64,000 nt of DNA from Thermoleophilia bacterium. Lineage in GTDB: Bacteria; Actinomycetota; Thermoleophilia; UBA2241. Positions 51,731 to 59,979 of the stretch are shown here, in pieces; position 1 is the stretch's first letter, and each line of letters starts with the position of its first letter. Made by a program: the position numbers and the translations under genes. Below the pieces are notes generated by a model. It was given only the letters and a program-made list of their open reading frames with translations. It had not been told where the DNA came from and did no database searches. The DNA is taken from positions 73,988 to 137,987 of the forward strand of contig JAXGYV010000002.1 in assembly GCA_040772045.1 (NCBI GenBank), written 5' to 3'.

Positions 51731-52702
51731 TCAGCCTCCGGCGTGCAACTCGTGCGAGGGATCGGCCGGAGCTGGCGGGTCGGTGAAGAGCGGCGTCGAG
51801 AGATACCGCTCGCCCGTGTCGCAGAGGATGGTCACCACGAGCCCGCCTCTGTGCTCGGGGCGAGCCGCCACCTGCGCCGCCGCCCACGCGTTGGCCCCGG
51901 CCGAAACGCCCACCAGCAGCCCCTCGTGGCGAGCCAGATCGCGCGCGGCGGCGAACGCCGCCTCCGCGCTCACCCGAAGGACCTCGTCGTACACCGTGGT
52001 GTCCAGGACGTCGGGCACAAAGCCGGCACCGATGCCCTGGATATGGTGTGGCCCGGGCTGTCCCCCGGACAGCACCGGCGAGTCGAGCGGTTCCACGGCG
52101 ACGATCTTCACGTCAGGCTTGCGCTCGCGGAGCAGGCAGCCCACGCCGGTGAGCGTGCCGCCAGTGCCCACCGCGGCCACGAACACGTCCACCCGGCCGT
52201 CGGTGTCGCGCCAGATCTCCTCGCCCGTGGTCTCGTAGTGCGCCCGGGGATTGGCGGCGTTCTCGAACTGCTGCGGCAGGTAGCCGTGCGGATCCGCGGC
52301 GACCAGATCGCGCGCACGTTCCACCGCGCCGCGCATGCCATCTTTCGCCGGCGTGAGGATCAGCTCGGCACCGAGCGCGCGCAGAAGAGCTCGCCGTTCG
52401 CCGCTCATCGATTCGGGCATGGTGAGCACCACGCGGTAGCCGCGCGCCGCGGCGACCATGGCTAGCGCGATGCCGGTGTTTCCGCTGGTGGGTTCCACGA
52501 TGGTAGTGCGACCTGGCGCGATGCGACCCTCGTGCTCGGCCTGCGCGATCATCGCCAGCCCGATACGGTCTTTCACGCTGCCGCCGGGATTGGCGGCCTC
52601 GAACTTGCCGACCACGGTGGCGCCGGTTTGTTCCGACAGCCGGTTAAGCCGAACGAGCGGCGTGTTTCCGATCAGCTCCAGCACGCTGGCGGCGATCCTC
52701 AT
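51731..52702 (-). CDS. cysK: Cysteine synthase A (O-acetylserine sulfhydrylase)
   Basis: Contains IGNTPLVRL, the PLP-lysine context [24 protein letters not shown] and the GIGAGF loop. Confidence 0.93.
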   Translation of the reverse strand: MRIAASVLELIGNTPLVRLNRLSEQTGATVVGKFEAANPGGSVKDRIGLAMIAQAEHEGRIAPGRTTIVEPTSGNTGIALAMVAAARGYRVVLTMPESMSGERRALLRALGAELILTPAKDGMRGAVERARDLVAADPHGYLPQQFENAANPRAHYETTGEEIWRDTDGRVDVFVAAVGTGGTLTGVGCLLRERKPDVKIVAVEPLDSPVLSGGQPGPHHIQGIGAGFVPDVLDTTVYDEVLRVSAEAAFAAARDLARHEGLLVGVSAGANAWAAAQVAARPEHRGGLVVTILCDTGERYLSTPLFTDPPAPADPSHELHAGG

Positions 52703-52744
52703 GCTCGTCCTCCTTTCGCCCGGGCAGATAGACCATCCGCACCG

Positions 52745-53299
52745 TTAATAATAAGGCGCCGGCCCGCACCGCCGCTCCCAGCCACCAACCCACCGCCACC
52801 GCACACGGCCGCCGGCGAGGGCGACGCCCGAGCCAGCCTCAGCCGCGGCCCTTCGCCGGCGCCACCGCACCCACGCGGTGGCCGCCATCCCCAGCGCCAG
52901 CGTTACCGCAGCGGCCCACCCCGTCCGGAAAACCACGATCCAGAACGCGCTGGCGCCGACCGCGATGAGGATCAGCGAGTCCTCGATCATCGCGTGCACC
53001 ATGCTCAAGAACAGGGCCATCAGGAAAACCTGCCGGCGGCCGAGATCGTGCCGTTTGGCGTCGCGCACGATGATACCGCCGCCGTAGACCAGCCCAAACA
53101 GAAAGCCGATGAGCGTTGGCGCGGCCGTCTGCTCGCTGAACCCCAGCCAGCCGACGATACGCGACCAGCCACGCACCATCCCTCGATACGCACGGCTTCC
53201 CTCGAAGAGCTCCAGGAGCACCATCATCGGTACCACGATGGCGAACATCTTCCACAGGAGGCTCCACGAACCGGTGGCGAACTCGCGCAGCAGATCCAT
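52745..53299 (-). CDS. Nucleoside-recognition (Gate) domain membrane protein, second half of a split pair
   Basis: 184 aa and polytopic. Its pairing with the upstream Gate-domain ORF resembles split SpmA/SpmB or YjiH/YjiG arrangements. Family-level call only. Confidence 0.55.
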   Translation of the reverse strand: MDLLREFATGSWSLLWKMFAIVVPMMVLLELFEGSRAYRGMVRGWSRIVGWLGFSEQTAAPTLIGFLFGLVYGGGIIVRDAKRHDLGRRQVFLMALFLSMVHAMIEDSLILIAVGASAFWIVVFRTGWAAAVTLALGMAATAWVRWRRRRAAAEAGSGVALAGGRVRWRWVGGWERRCGPAPYY

Positions 53300-53301
53300 A
53301 A

Positions 53302-53745
53302 TCAGAAGAGGCCCATGAGCTGATTGGCGATACCCGCGGCCGCCAGCCCAGCAATCACGCGCAGGATTCCAAAGGCGACGCCGCTCATCCCCGTCCGATG
53401 AATGACCGCCCCCTCCACGATGAGGTTGTGGCTGATGAGCGCGGCCAGCGCCAACAGAGTGATCTCCCGCGGCGAGAGGGTGAGCGGCTGCATAGCCCCA
53501 ATGACGGCGTAGAGATTGAGGATCCAGCCGAACACGAGAGGCACGGCGGCCTCCCCCGGCAGCCCGATAACCCGCATGACCGGGGCCGCGACCTTGGCGA
53601 GCACCTCAACGGCACCCACCCGCTGCAGCACCAGGGCGGCCAGGTAGGCCGGGATCATCAACTTAGCCAGATCCCAGAAGGTGGCGCATCCGATGCGCAG
53701 ACCGGCGAGGACGTCGCGCCGCAGGCGCGACCCCTCCGAAGGCAC
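53302..53745 (-). CDS. Nucleoside-recognition (Gate) domain membrane protein, first half of a split pair
   Basis: I chose GTG 53745 because it lies after the decarboxylase stop. The pattern is FWDLAKLMIPAYL.......G......A.PVMRVIGLPGEAAVPLVFG. Confidence 0.55.
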   Translation of the reverse strand: MPSEGSRLRRDVLAGLRIGCATFWDLAKLMIPAYLAALVLQRVGAVEVLAKVAAPVMRVIGLPGEAAVPLVFGWILNLYAVIGAMQPLTLSPREITLLALAALISHNLIVEGAVIHRTGMSGVAFGILRVIAGLAAAGIANQLMGLF

Positions 53746-53765
53746 CGCCCCGGCGTCTCCGCGAT

Positions 53766-55121
53766 CTAGCGCCAACCGAGATCCAGCGCGATCGTGCCCG
53801 CGTCGGTCTCGCGACGACGGATCTCGATGAGCTTGCCGTGATCCACAGCAAACGCCGCCGCACGAGGTTGCGCGTTGCACGGCTGCATCATCTCGAGCGT
53901 GTACGTCCCGGCGTTCGCGAAGGCGATCAGGTCGCCCACGCCGGTCCCGGCCGGGAAATGCCTCCACGGCGTGCCATCGTCCCCAACGAACACGTCGCCA
54001 CCATCGCACAGCGGACCGGCGAGCCGGTATCGCTCCGTCGCCGGCTCGGCCGCCCGCCCGGCAGCGACCGCCGGGTAGTACCAGTCGTACAAGCAGTGCT
54101 CCAGCAGCGTGTTGTACCCCGCGTCCACCGTCAGCCAGTGCTCCTCGCCCAGGACCGCGCCCCCGGCGTCGCGCACACGCTTGGTCTTGGCGTTCTGCAC
54201 GCGAGCCACGAGGATGGCGGCGTTGGCCGCCACCGACCGGCCTGGCTCAATGAAGAGGCGCAGGTCTGGCCGCCGCGCGCGGAGCGTGTCGCACACGGCC
54301 GCCGCGTACGCGTCGGCCTCCGGCATGGAGTGGAAGAGGGTCGCCGGCTCCTCGCCAGCACGTGGCCGCTTGTACGGAATGGCGAAGCCGCCGCCGGCGT
54401 CCAGGAATTCGAGACGGCCGTCGGTGGCCGCCTCTGCCTGCTCGATGAGGTCGATGGCGGTCTCGACAGCGCGGACGTACGGCGCCGTCTCCACGACCTG
54501 CGAGCCGATGTGCATGTGCAGGCCGCGCGCGTCCAGCGCCGCGTGCGCGGCCGCGAACTCGAAGCCCGTGACGGCGTCGTCGCGGTCGATGCCCGCCTTC
54601 CCCCCGTGGGCGGTGACCATCCCGGGATGGGTGTCGGCCGCCACGTCGACGTCCACTCGCAACGCCACCGTGGCGACACGGTCCATGCCACTCGCGACCT
54701 CGGCGATCCGCTCGAGCTCGTACAGCGAATCGGCGATGATCGCCCGAACACCCGTGGATACCGCCAGACGAATCTCGTCCTCGGTCTTGGCCACTCCGTT
54801 GAAGACGATCTGGTCCGGCCGAAACCCGGCCCACACCGCGCGTTGCAGCTCTCCGCCGGAGTTGACCTCCGCGTTGCTGCCCGCGTGCAAGACTTGCTTG
54901 AGGAACCACATGTTCGAACACGCCTTGCTCGCGTAGAAGAGCTCCGTGTCGAGATGCTTGCGGGAGAAGGCGTTGCGCAAGACCTCCACGTTCCAGCGCA
55001 CCTGACGGCCGCTGAAGAGGAAGAACGGCGTGGGCACGCGCTGCGCGAGCGCCACCACGTCCACGCCGTCGAACACGAGGTGGCCGTCGACAACACCGAG
55101 GACGCTGCCGTACTCGCTCAT
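53766..55121 (-). CDS. PLP-dependent decarboxylase of the Orn/DAP/Arg (alanine-racemase fold) family; lysA-like, specificity not assignable
   Basis: The PLP-Lys context is FYASKAC. Also present are HMHIGSQ, DAGGGF and LAGPLCDGGD. ATG 55121 has a GGAGGAGG Shine-Dalgarno sequence. Confidence 0.85.
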   Translation of the reverse strand: MSEYGSVLGVVDGHLVFDGVDVVALAQRVPTPFFLFSGRQVRWNVEVLRNAFSRKHLDTELFYASKACSNMWFLKQVLHAGSNAEVNSGGELQRAVWAGFRPDQIVFNGVAKTEDEIRLAVSTGVRAIIADSLYELERIAEVASGMDRVATVALRVDVDVAADTHPGMVTAHGGKAGIDRDDAVTGFEFAAAHAALDARGLHMHIGSQVVETAPYVRAVETAIDLIEQAEAATDGRLEFLDAGGGFAIPYKRPRAGEEPATLFHSMPEADAYAAAVCDTLRARRPDLRLFIEPGRSVAANAAILVARVQNAKTKRVRDAGGAVLGEEHWLTVDAGYNTLLEHCLYDWYYPAVAAGRAAEPATERYRLAGPLCDGGDVFVGDDGTPWRHFPAGTGVGDLIAFANAGTYTLEMMQPCNAQPRAAAFAVDHGKLIEIRRRETDAGTIALDLGWR

Positions 55122-55327
55122 CGCGGACCTCCTCCAGCGCCAGCCCGGATGAACCTCTCGGAAGCTCGCGGAATGAGCCGGCGCGCCAACGGTTTCCAAC
55201 CGCTGGAGTATACTGCCAGCCAAGCGGCGGTCCGTTCGCCGGTTGAGAATCTCTCCAGGGCACTCCTCTTCTCTCTTCGCTCTCGCTCTTGGGATACCCG
55301 CACGCGTCTGGTAGCCTTGCAGGCGCC

Positions 55328-57406
55328 ATGGTTGCCCGTCAGCCGCGCGAAGAGGGTTTCTCAAAAGACGCCAGCAAGCTCATCCGACGCCTGTCGCTGC
55401 TCACGTTCCTCCTCGCCCATCACGGTCGCACGGTCCATAGGGACGACATCCGCCAACGGGTCGAGGGCTACGCGCTGATGACCGAGTCGGCGTTCAAGCG
55501 ACGCTTCTACGAAGACCGCGACGAGCTGGCCCGACTGGGGATCGCGATCCGCGCCGAGCCTGAACCGAGCGGCGCCGGCGAGCTCTACAGCCTGCCGCCA
55601 GACAACTACTACCTGCCGCCGATCGAGCTCTCCGGCGACGAGCTCGCCGCCCTCGGATCGTGCCTGGCGGTCCTGGAGAACCGGTTCGCCTACTCCAAGC
55701 CGCTCCGCCTGGCCCTCATGAGCCTCGCCCAGGGCAGGCCGGAGCTCCTGCACTCGGCAGGAGTCCCACAGATAGCCGTGCTGCCCGAGCGAGACGCCCG
55801 GCGTGCCGCCAAACACCTGCCCAAACTGCAGACGGCCATCGTCAACCGCAAGGAGGTAGTCTTCTGCTACTACAGCATCCAGCGCGACGAGGAGTCGCCT
55901 CGTCACGTCGACCCGTATGGCCTCATGATGGTCGGCGACGAGTGGTACCTCATCGGGCACTGCCACGATCGCCAGGCACTGCGAACATTCCGCCTCTCCC
56001 GTATCCGCTCCGCCATCACCTACGCCAAGCGCTCGCCACACAACTTCTCCCCGCCAGCCGGCTTCTCTCTGGCGACGTACCGAGACCGGCCGCCCTGGCA
56101 GCTCGGCGAACCGACCTTCGAGGCGCTCATCCGCGTACAGCCAGACATGGCGTGGTGGGTGCAGGCTCACTACGCGCACTGCGGAGAGCTGACGCCCGCC
56201 GACGACGAGTCGCTGCTGTTCCGCACGAGCTACGCGGCCAGTAGGCCGCTAGCGGCCTGGGCGCTGGCGCTTGGAGAGCAGGCAGAGATCCTCCAGCCGC
56301 CACAACTGCGCCAGGCGGTCGTCGCCTACCTCGACCTCCTGCGCCAGCGCCTGCTCGACCCCCCGTCTATAGAAGTCGCCGAGGTACCGCCTCGTGAGCC
56401 ACGGGCCGACACCACCCACGATGGAGATTGGCAGGTGGAGGTAGATCGCTTCACCCGGCTCACCGCACTCAGCTCCTATCTCCTCCGCCGCTGCGAGGAT
56501 CGCGCAGACCAGGTACGGCTGGCCATTGCCGAGGTGTGTCACGATCTCGCTCTCACGCCGTCAGAACTGAGAGAAGACGTGCGTGTGCTCAACCTGGTCA
56601 ACTTCGGCGGCGACGGCACGCTCCTGTTTGGCGAAGTCAAGGGGAAGTGGCTGGAGGTCTCCTGCGACCTCGCGGGTCCCGCGCTGGCACCGGCCGCGCA
56701 ACTCTCGCCCCTTCAGGCAGACACCCTCCTGCTGGCCATCGAGCTCGTGGGCGGACAGATGCCTTCGTCGGCCGCCGCCACCCTCCGATCGGCGGCGGCC
56801 AAACTGCGCCGGGCGCGACGCGACGAGCCGCCGCTGCTCGCCTCCGGCGCCCTCCTGAACACCCGCCACGACATCCTGGCTGCCGTGAGCGAGAGCATCC
56901 GCTCCCGTCGCTTGCTAGCCATCGACTACTGGTCGGAGGGCACCGGCGAGAGTACCTCCCGCCTCGTCGAGCCCTACCTGCTGCTCCGCAGCCGTGGCGA
57001 GTGGTACTACGTCTGTTACTGCTGTACCTCCGCCGGCACACGGGTCTTCCGGATCGACACTACCAAGGCGGTGCACCTGCTCCCCGAGCACTTCACGCCA
57101 CGGGACGACGTAGAGCTGGAGCTCTACCGGCAGGAGGGCATCCCGGCCTCGCATCGCTACCTGGCGCGCAGCGCCGTCGTGTGGTACAGCCCGACGGTGG
57201 CTCGCTGGATCGCCGAGCGCCAGTCCGTGCGCGCACTTCCAGATGGCTCGTGCGTGGCGCGGCAGCCGTACCGCGATGAGAGCTGGCTCGTACACTACCT
57301 CCTGCGCTTCGGCGGCCAGGCCGTCCCCCTCGAACCGTCCACGGCCGTGGACGCGCTGCGCGCGACGGTCACCAGCCTCCTCGCTCGTTACGAGACGGTC
57401 GCGTGA
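55328..57406 (+). CDS. Fused PafB-PafC-like regulator: two consecutive HTH - WYL - C-terminal-extension units
   Basis: Unit 1 carries LIRRLSLLTFLL...G..V.R..I (wHTH) and a WYL region, PYGLMMVGDEWYLIGHCHDRQALRTFRLSRI. Unit 2 carries LTALSSYLL......V....A.....L...EL.EDV..LNLVNFGG (PafC-like) and PYLLLRSRGEWYYVCYCCTSAGTRVFRID. I prefer ATG 55328 to the TTG at 55289. Confidence 0.8.
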   Translation: MVARQPREEGFSKDASKLIRRLSLLTFLLAHHGRTVHRDDIRQRVEGYALMTESAFKRRFYEDRDELARLGIAIRAEPEPSGAGELYSLPPDNYYLPPIELSGDELAALGSCLAVLENRFAYSKPLRLALMSLAQGRPELLHSAGVPQIAVLPERDARRAAKHLPKLQTAIVNRKEVVFCYYSIQRDEESPRHVDPYGLMMVGDEWYLIGHCHDRQALRTFRLSRIRSAITYAKRSPHNFSPPAGFSLATYRDRPPWQLGEPTFEALIRVQPDMAWWVQAHYAHCGELTPADDESLLFRTSYAASRPLAAWALALGEQAEILQPPQLRQAVVAYLDLLRQRLLDPPSIEVAEVPPREPRADTTHDGDWQVEVDRFTRLTALSSYLLRRCEDRADQVRLAIAEVCHDLALTPSELREDVRVLNLVNFGGDGTLLFGEVKGKWLEVSCDLAGPALAPAAQLSPLQADTLLLAIELVGGQMPSSAAATLRSAAAKLRRARRDEPPLLASGALLNTRHDILAAVSESIRSRRLLAIDYWSEGTGESTSRLVEPYLLLRSRGEWYYVCYCCTSAGTRVFRIDTTKAVHLLPEHFTPRDDVELELYRQEGIPASHRYLARSAVVWYSPTVARWIAERQSVRALPDGSCVARQPYRDESWLVHYLLRFGGQAVPLEPSTAVDALRATVTSLLARYETVA

Positions 57407-58695
57407 GCGTGCGACGCGCCACAGACGCCGCCTGGATCGCCAGCGGCGAACGCCGCGTCACGGTGCCCGCGCCGTGCGACTGGGCACCGCCGCCAACGTT
57501 CCAGCCGCCGGCCGACGCCACGGCGGCGCTCCGAACGGCGCTCCACGCGCCACGCGGCTCAGCCTCGCTGCGCGAGCTCGCCGCCTCGGCGCGGAGCGCC
57601 GCCATCGCCATCCCCGACCTCTCGCGCGCCTGTCCCAACGACCTCATCCTGCCCGCCCTGCTCGACCAGCTCAACGCCGGCGGCGTACCCGACGCGCGGA
57701 TCATCGTCCTCATCGGCTGCGGCCTGCACCGCACCACCACGGAGCAAGAGAAACGTCGCCTGGCCGGCACCCAGGCATGGCAGCGGGTACGCGTGGCCGA
57801 CGCTCAGGGCAGCGAGTCGCCGCTCGCCGACCTGGGGAACACTCCCGACGGCTGTCCCGTGGTGATGAACGCCGAGCTGGCCGCCGCCGACCTGGCGATC
57901 ACCGTCGGCGTCCTGGAGCCGCATCTGTACGCCGGCTACTCCGGCGGCGTGAAAGGCATCGCCATCGGCTGCGGCGGAGAACCTACGATCCTCTGGACCC
58001 ATCGCCCCGCGTTCATCTCGCGGGCCGGAGTAGAGCTCTGCCGCCTCGAGGGAAATCCCTTCCAGCACACGCTCCGCGAGGTGGCACGGCGCACGCGCCT
58101 GGCGTTCGGCGTCATGGCAGTCCTCGACAGCGATGGCACCCCGGTGGACGTCGCCGCCGGAGACCCAACGGCCGTTCAGGAGCATCTGGCCGCCCGTTTC
58201 GGCCCGCTGTGGCTCTGCGAGACCCCAACCCTCTACGATGTGGTCATCGCCGGCACAAAGGCGCCGAAGCACGAGAACCTCTACCAGGCCTCGCGCGCCG
58301 CGACCTACGTCGGCCTCGCCAGCCGGCCGGCCCTGGCAGACGGCGGCCTCCTGCTCCTGTGTACCGATCTCCCCAACGGCGCCGGCGACGGTCCGGGCGA
58401 GATCAACTTCGCCCGCGTGCTCGCCAGCGCCAACCCAGACACGGTAATCCGCCGGGGCCTGGAGGGCCCACTCGGCCCCGGCGGGCAACGCGCCTTCGTC
58501 GTGGCCAACGTCCTACGGCGCTTCCGCGTCGGCGTCTGCGGCAGCGCCGATCCAGGACTGCTGCGAACGCTCGGCATGGCCTCGTATCGCAGTCTCGCGG
58601 AAGGGCTCGCCGACGCCAGAACGCGACCCGGCCACGCCCCGCGCATCCTGGCGATCGCCGACGCTCTGACTACCGTAGTCAGAGCCGCCGGCTGA
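57403..58695 (+). CDS. LarA-family (DUF2088) nickel-pincer-cofactor-dependent racemase/epimerase homologue
   Basis: 430 aa. It contains PD.SR..P....LPALLDQL and IGCGLHR. EPHLYAGYSGGVKGIAIGCGGEPTILWTH shows His-x9-Lys-x15-His spacing. The GTG start overlaps the PafBC-like stop in a GTGA junction. Confidence 0.85.
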   Translation: MSVRRATDAAWIASGERRVTVPAPCDWAPPPTFQPPADATAALRTALHAPRGSASLRELAASARSAAIAIPDLSRACPNDLILPALLDQLNAGGVPDARIIVLIGCGLHRTTTEQEKRRLAGTQAWQRVRVADAQGSESPLADLGNTPDGCPVVMNAELAAADLAITVGVLEPHLYAGYSGGVKGIAIGCGGEPTILWTHRPAFISRAGVELCRLEGNPFQHTLREVARRTRLAFGVMAVLDSDGTPVDVAAGDPTAVQEHLAARFGPLWLCETPTLYDVVIAGTKAPKHENLYQASRAATYVGLASRPALADGGLLLLCTDLPNGAGDGPGEINFARVLASANPDTVIRRGLEGPLGPGGQRAFVVANVLRRFRVGVCGSADPGLLRTLGMASYRSLAEGLADARTRPGHAPRILAIADALTTVVRAAG

Positions 58696-58839
58696 GCCTC
58701 GGCTCTGTCCTCTCAGCGCGCCGGCGCAGAGGGGACGCGGCCTCCCGTCGGCATCGACTGTTACCCGTCCCCACCTCCTGGGAACACTACGACGGGGATC
58801 GGAGTAGTCCGACCCCTTCGCGCGGAAAAAGGAGGCGCC

Positions 58840-59979
58840 ATGGGACGGGGCATCAGAGTAGCTCGCTTATTCGGGATCGACATCGCCATCCACCCGAGCT
58901 GGTTCATCATCCTCGTGCTCCTCGTATGGTCGCTGGGCGCCAACGTCTTCCCGAACGCCTATGACTGGAGTCAAGCCACCTACTGGACGGTGGCCGTAGT
59001 GGCCGCCCTCCTGCTGTTCGCCTCGGTCCTGGCACATGAGCTCGCCCACTCGCTCATCGCCCGCCGGCAGGGCATCCCCGTGCGCAGTATCACGCTGTTC
59101 CTGCTGGGCGGGGTGGCCAGCATCGAGCGCGAACCAGCGACCCCCGGGCAAGAGGCCATCATGGCCAGCGCCGGCCCGCTGACGAGCCTGATCATCGGCG
59201 GTGGTGCCCTGGCCATCGGCTGGGCGTTTCAGGAACCTCAGACCGTGAGCGCGATCCTCATCTACCTCGGAGGAGTCAACATCTTGCTCGGCCTGTTCAA
59301 CCTCCTTCCCGGATTTCCCCTCGACGGTGGCCGCGTCCTCCGAGCGATCATCTGGCGACGCACGGGCAGCTTCGACCGCGCGACGCGTGCCGCTGCCCGT
59401 ACCGGCACCGCCCTCGGCTACCTCCTGATTTTGGCCGGGGTGTTGCTCGCCATCACGGTCGCCCTGGTGAGCGGCCTCTGGATCGGCTTCATCGGCTGGG
59501 TGCTCGTCCAGGCGTCGCAGACCACCCTCGCCTTCACCATCGCGGAACAGCGGCTCCTGCACGTACCGGTGACGCGCGTCATGACGGCGCCGCGAGGGTG
59601 GATTCCATCGGTGGTCACCCTTGAGGCGGCCGCCCACGACTACTTCCTCGGCCTCGACGCGCGCTGCCTCCCCGTGGGGCACCCGGATGCGGAGTTCGAG
59701 GGCATCGTCTGCCTCACTGATCTGCAGCAGAGCGAGCGCTCGCGCTGGGGTTACGACCGCGTACACGAGGTGATGGTCCCGCGCGAGAAGCTAGCCCAGG
59801 TCGGCCCGCACGCCTCCGCCGCGGACGCCCTCCGCCTGATGAACGAGCGCGACGTGAACCAGGTTGCCGTGATCGACGGAGAGAGGCTACTCGGACTAGT
59901 CGACCGGGCCCGCGTGCTGCAGTTCGTACAGATCCTCAGCCCGACGCGCCAAGACGGCGGCGCACGTTCTCTGAATTGA
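58840..59979 (+). CDS. Site-2 protease family (M50) zinc metalloprotease with a C-terminal CBS pair
   Basis: Contains HELAHSL (HExxH), LLPGFPLDGGRV, about 6 TM helices, and CBS-like segments near the C-terminus. AAAAAGGAGG Shine-Dalgarno sequence. Confidence 0.88.
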   Translation: MGRGIRVARLFGIDIAIHPSWFIILVLLVWSLGANVFPNAYDWSQATYWTVAVVAALLLFASVLAHELAHSLIARRQGIPVRSITLFLLGGVASIEREPATPGQEAIMASAGPLTSLIIGGGALAIGWAFQEPQTVSAILIYLGGVNILLGLFNLLPGFPLDGGRVLRAIIWRRTGSFDRATRAAARTGTALGYLLILAGVLLAITVALVSGLWIGFIGWVLVQASQTTLAFTIAEQRLLHVPVTRVMTAPRGWIPSVVTLEAAAHDYFLGLDARCLPVGHPDAEFEGIVCLTDLQQSERSRWGYDRVHEVMVPREKLAQVGPHASAADALRLMNERDVNQVAVIDGERLLGLVDRARVLQFVQILSPTRQDGGARSLN

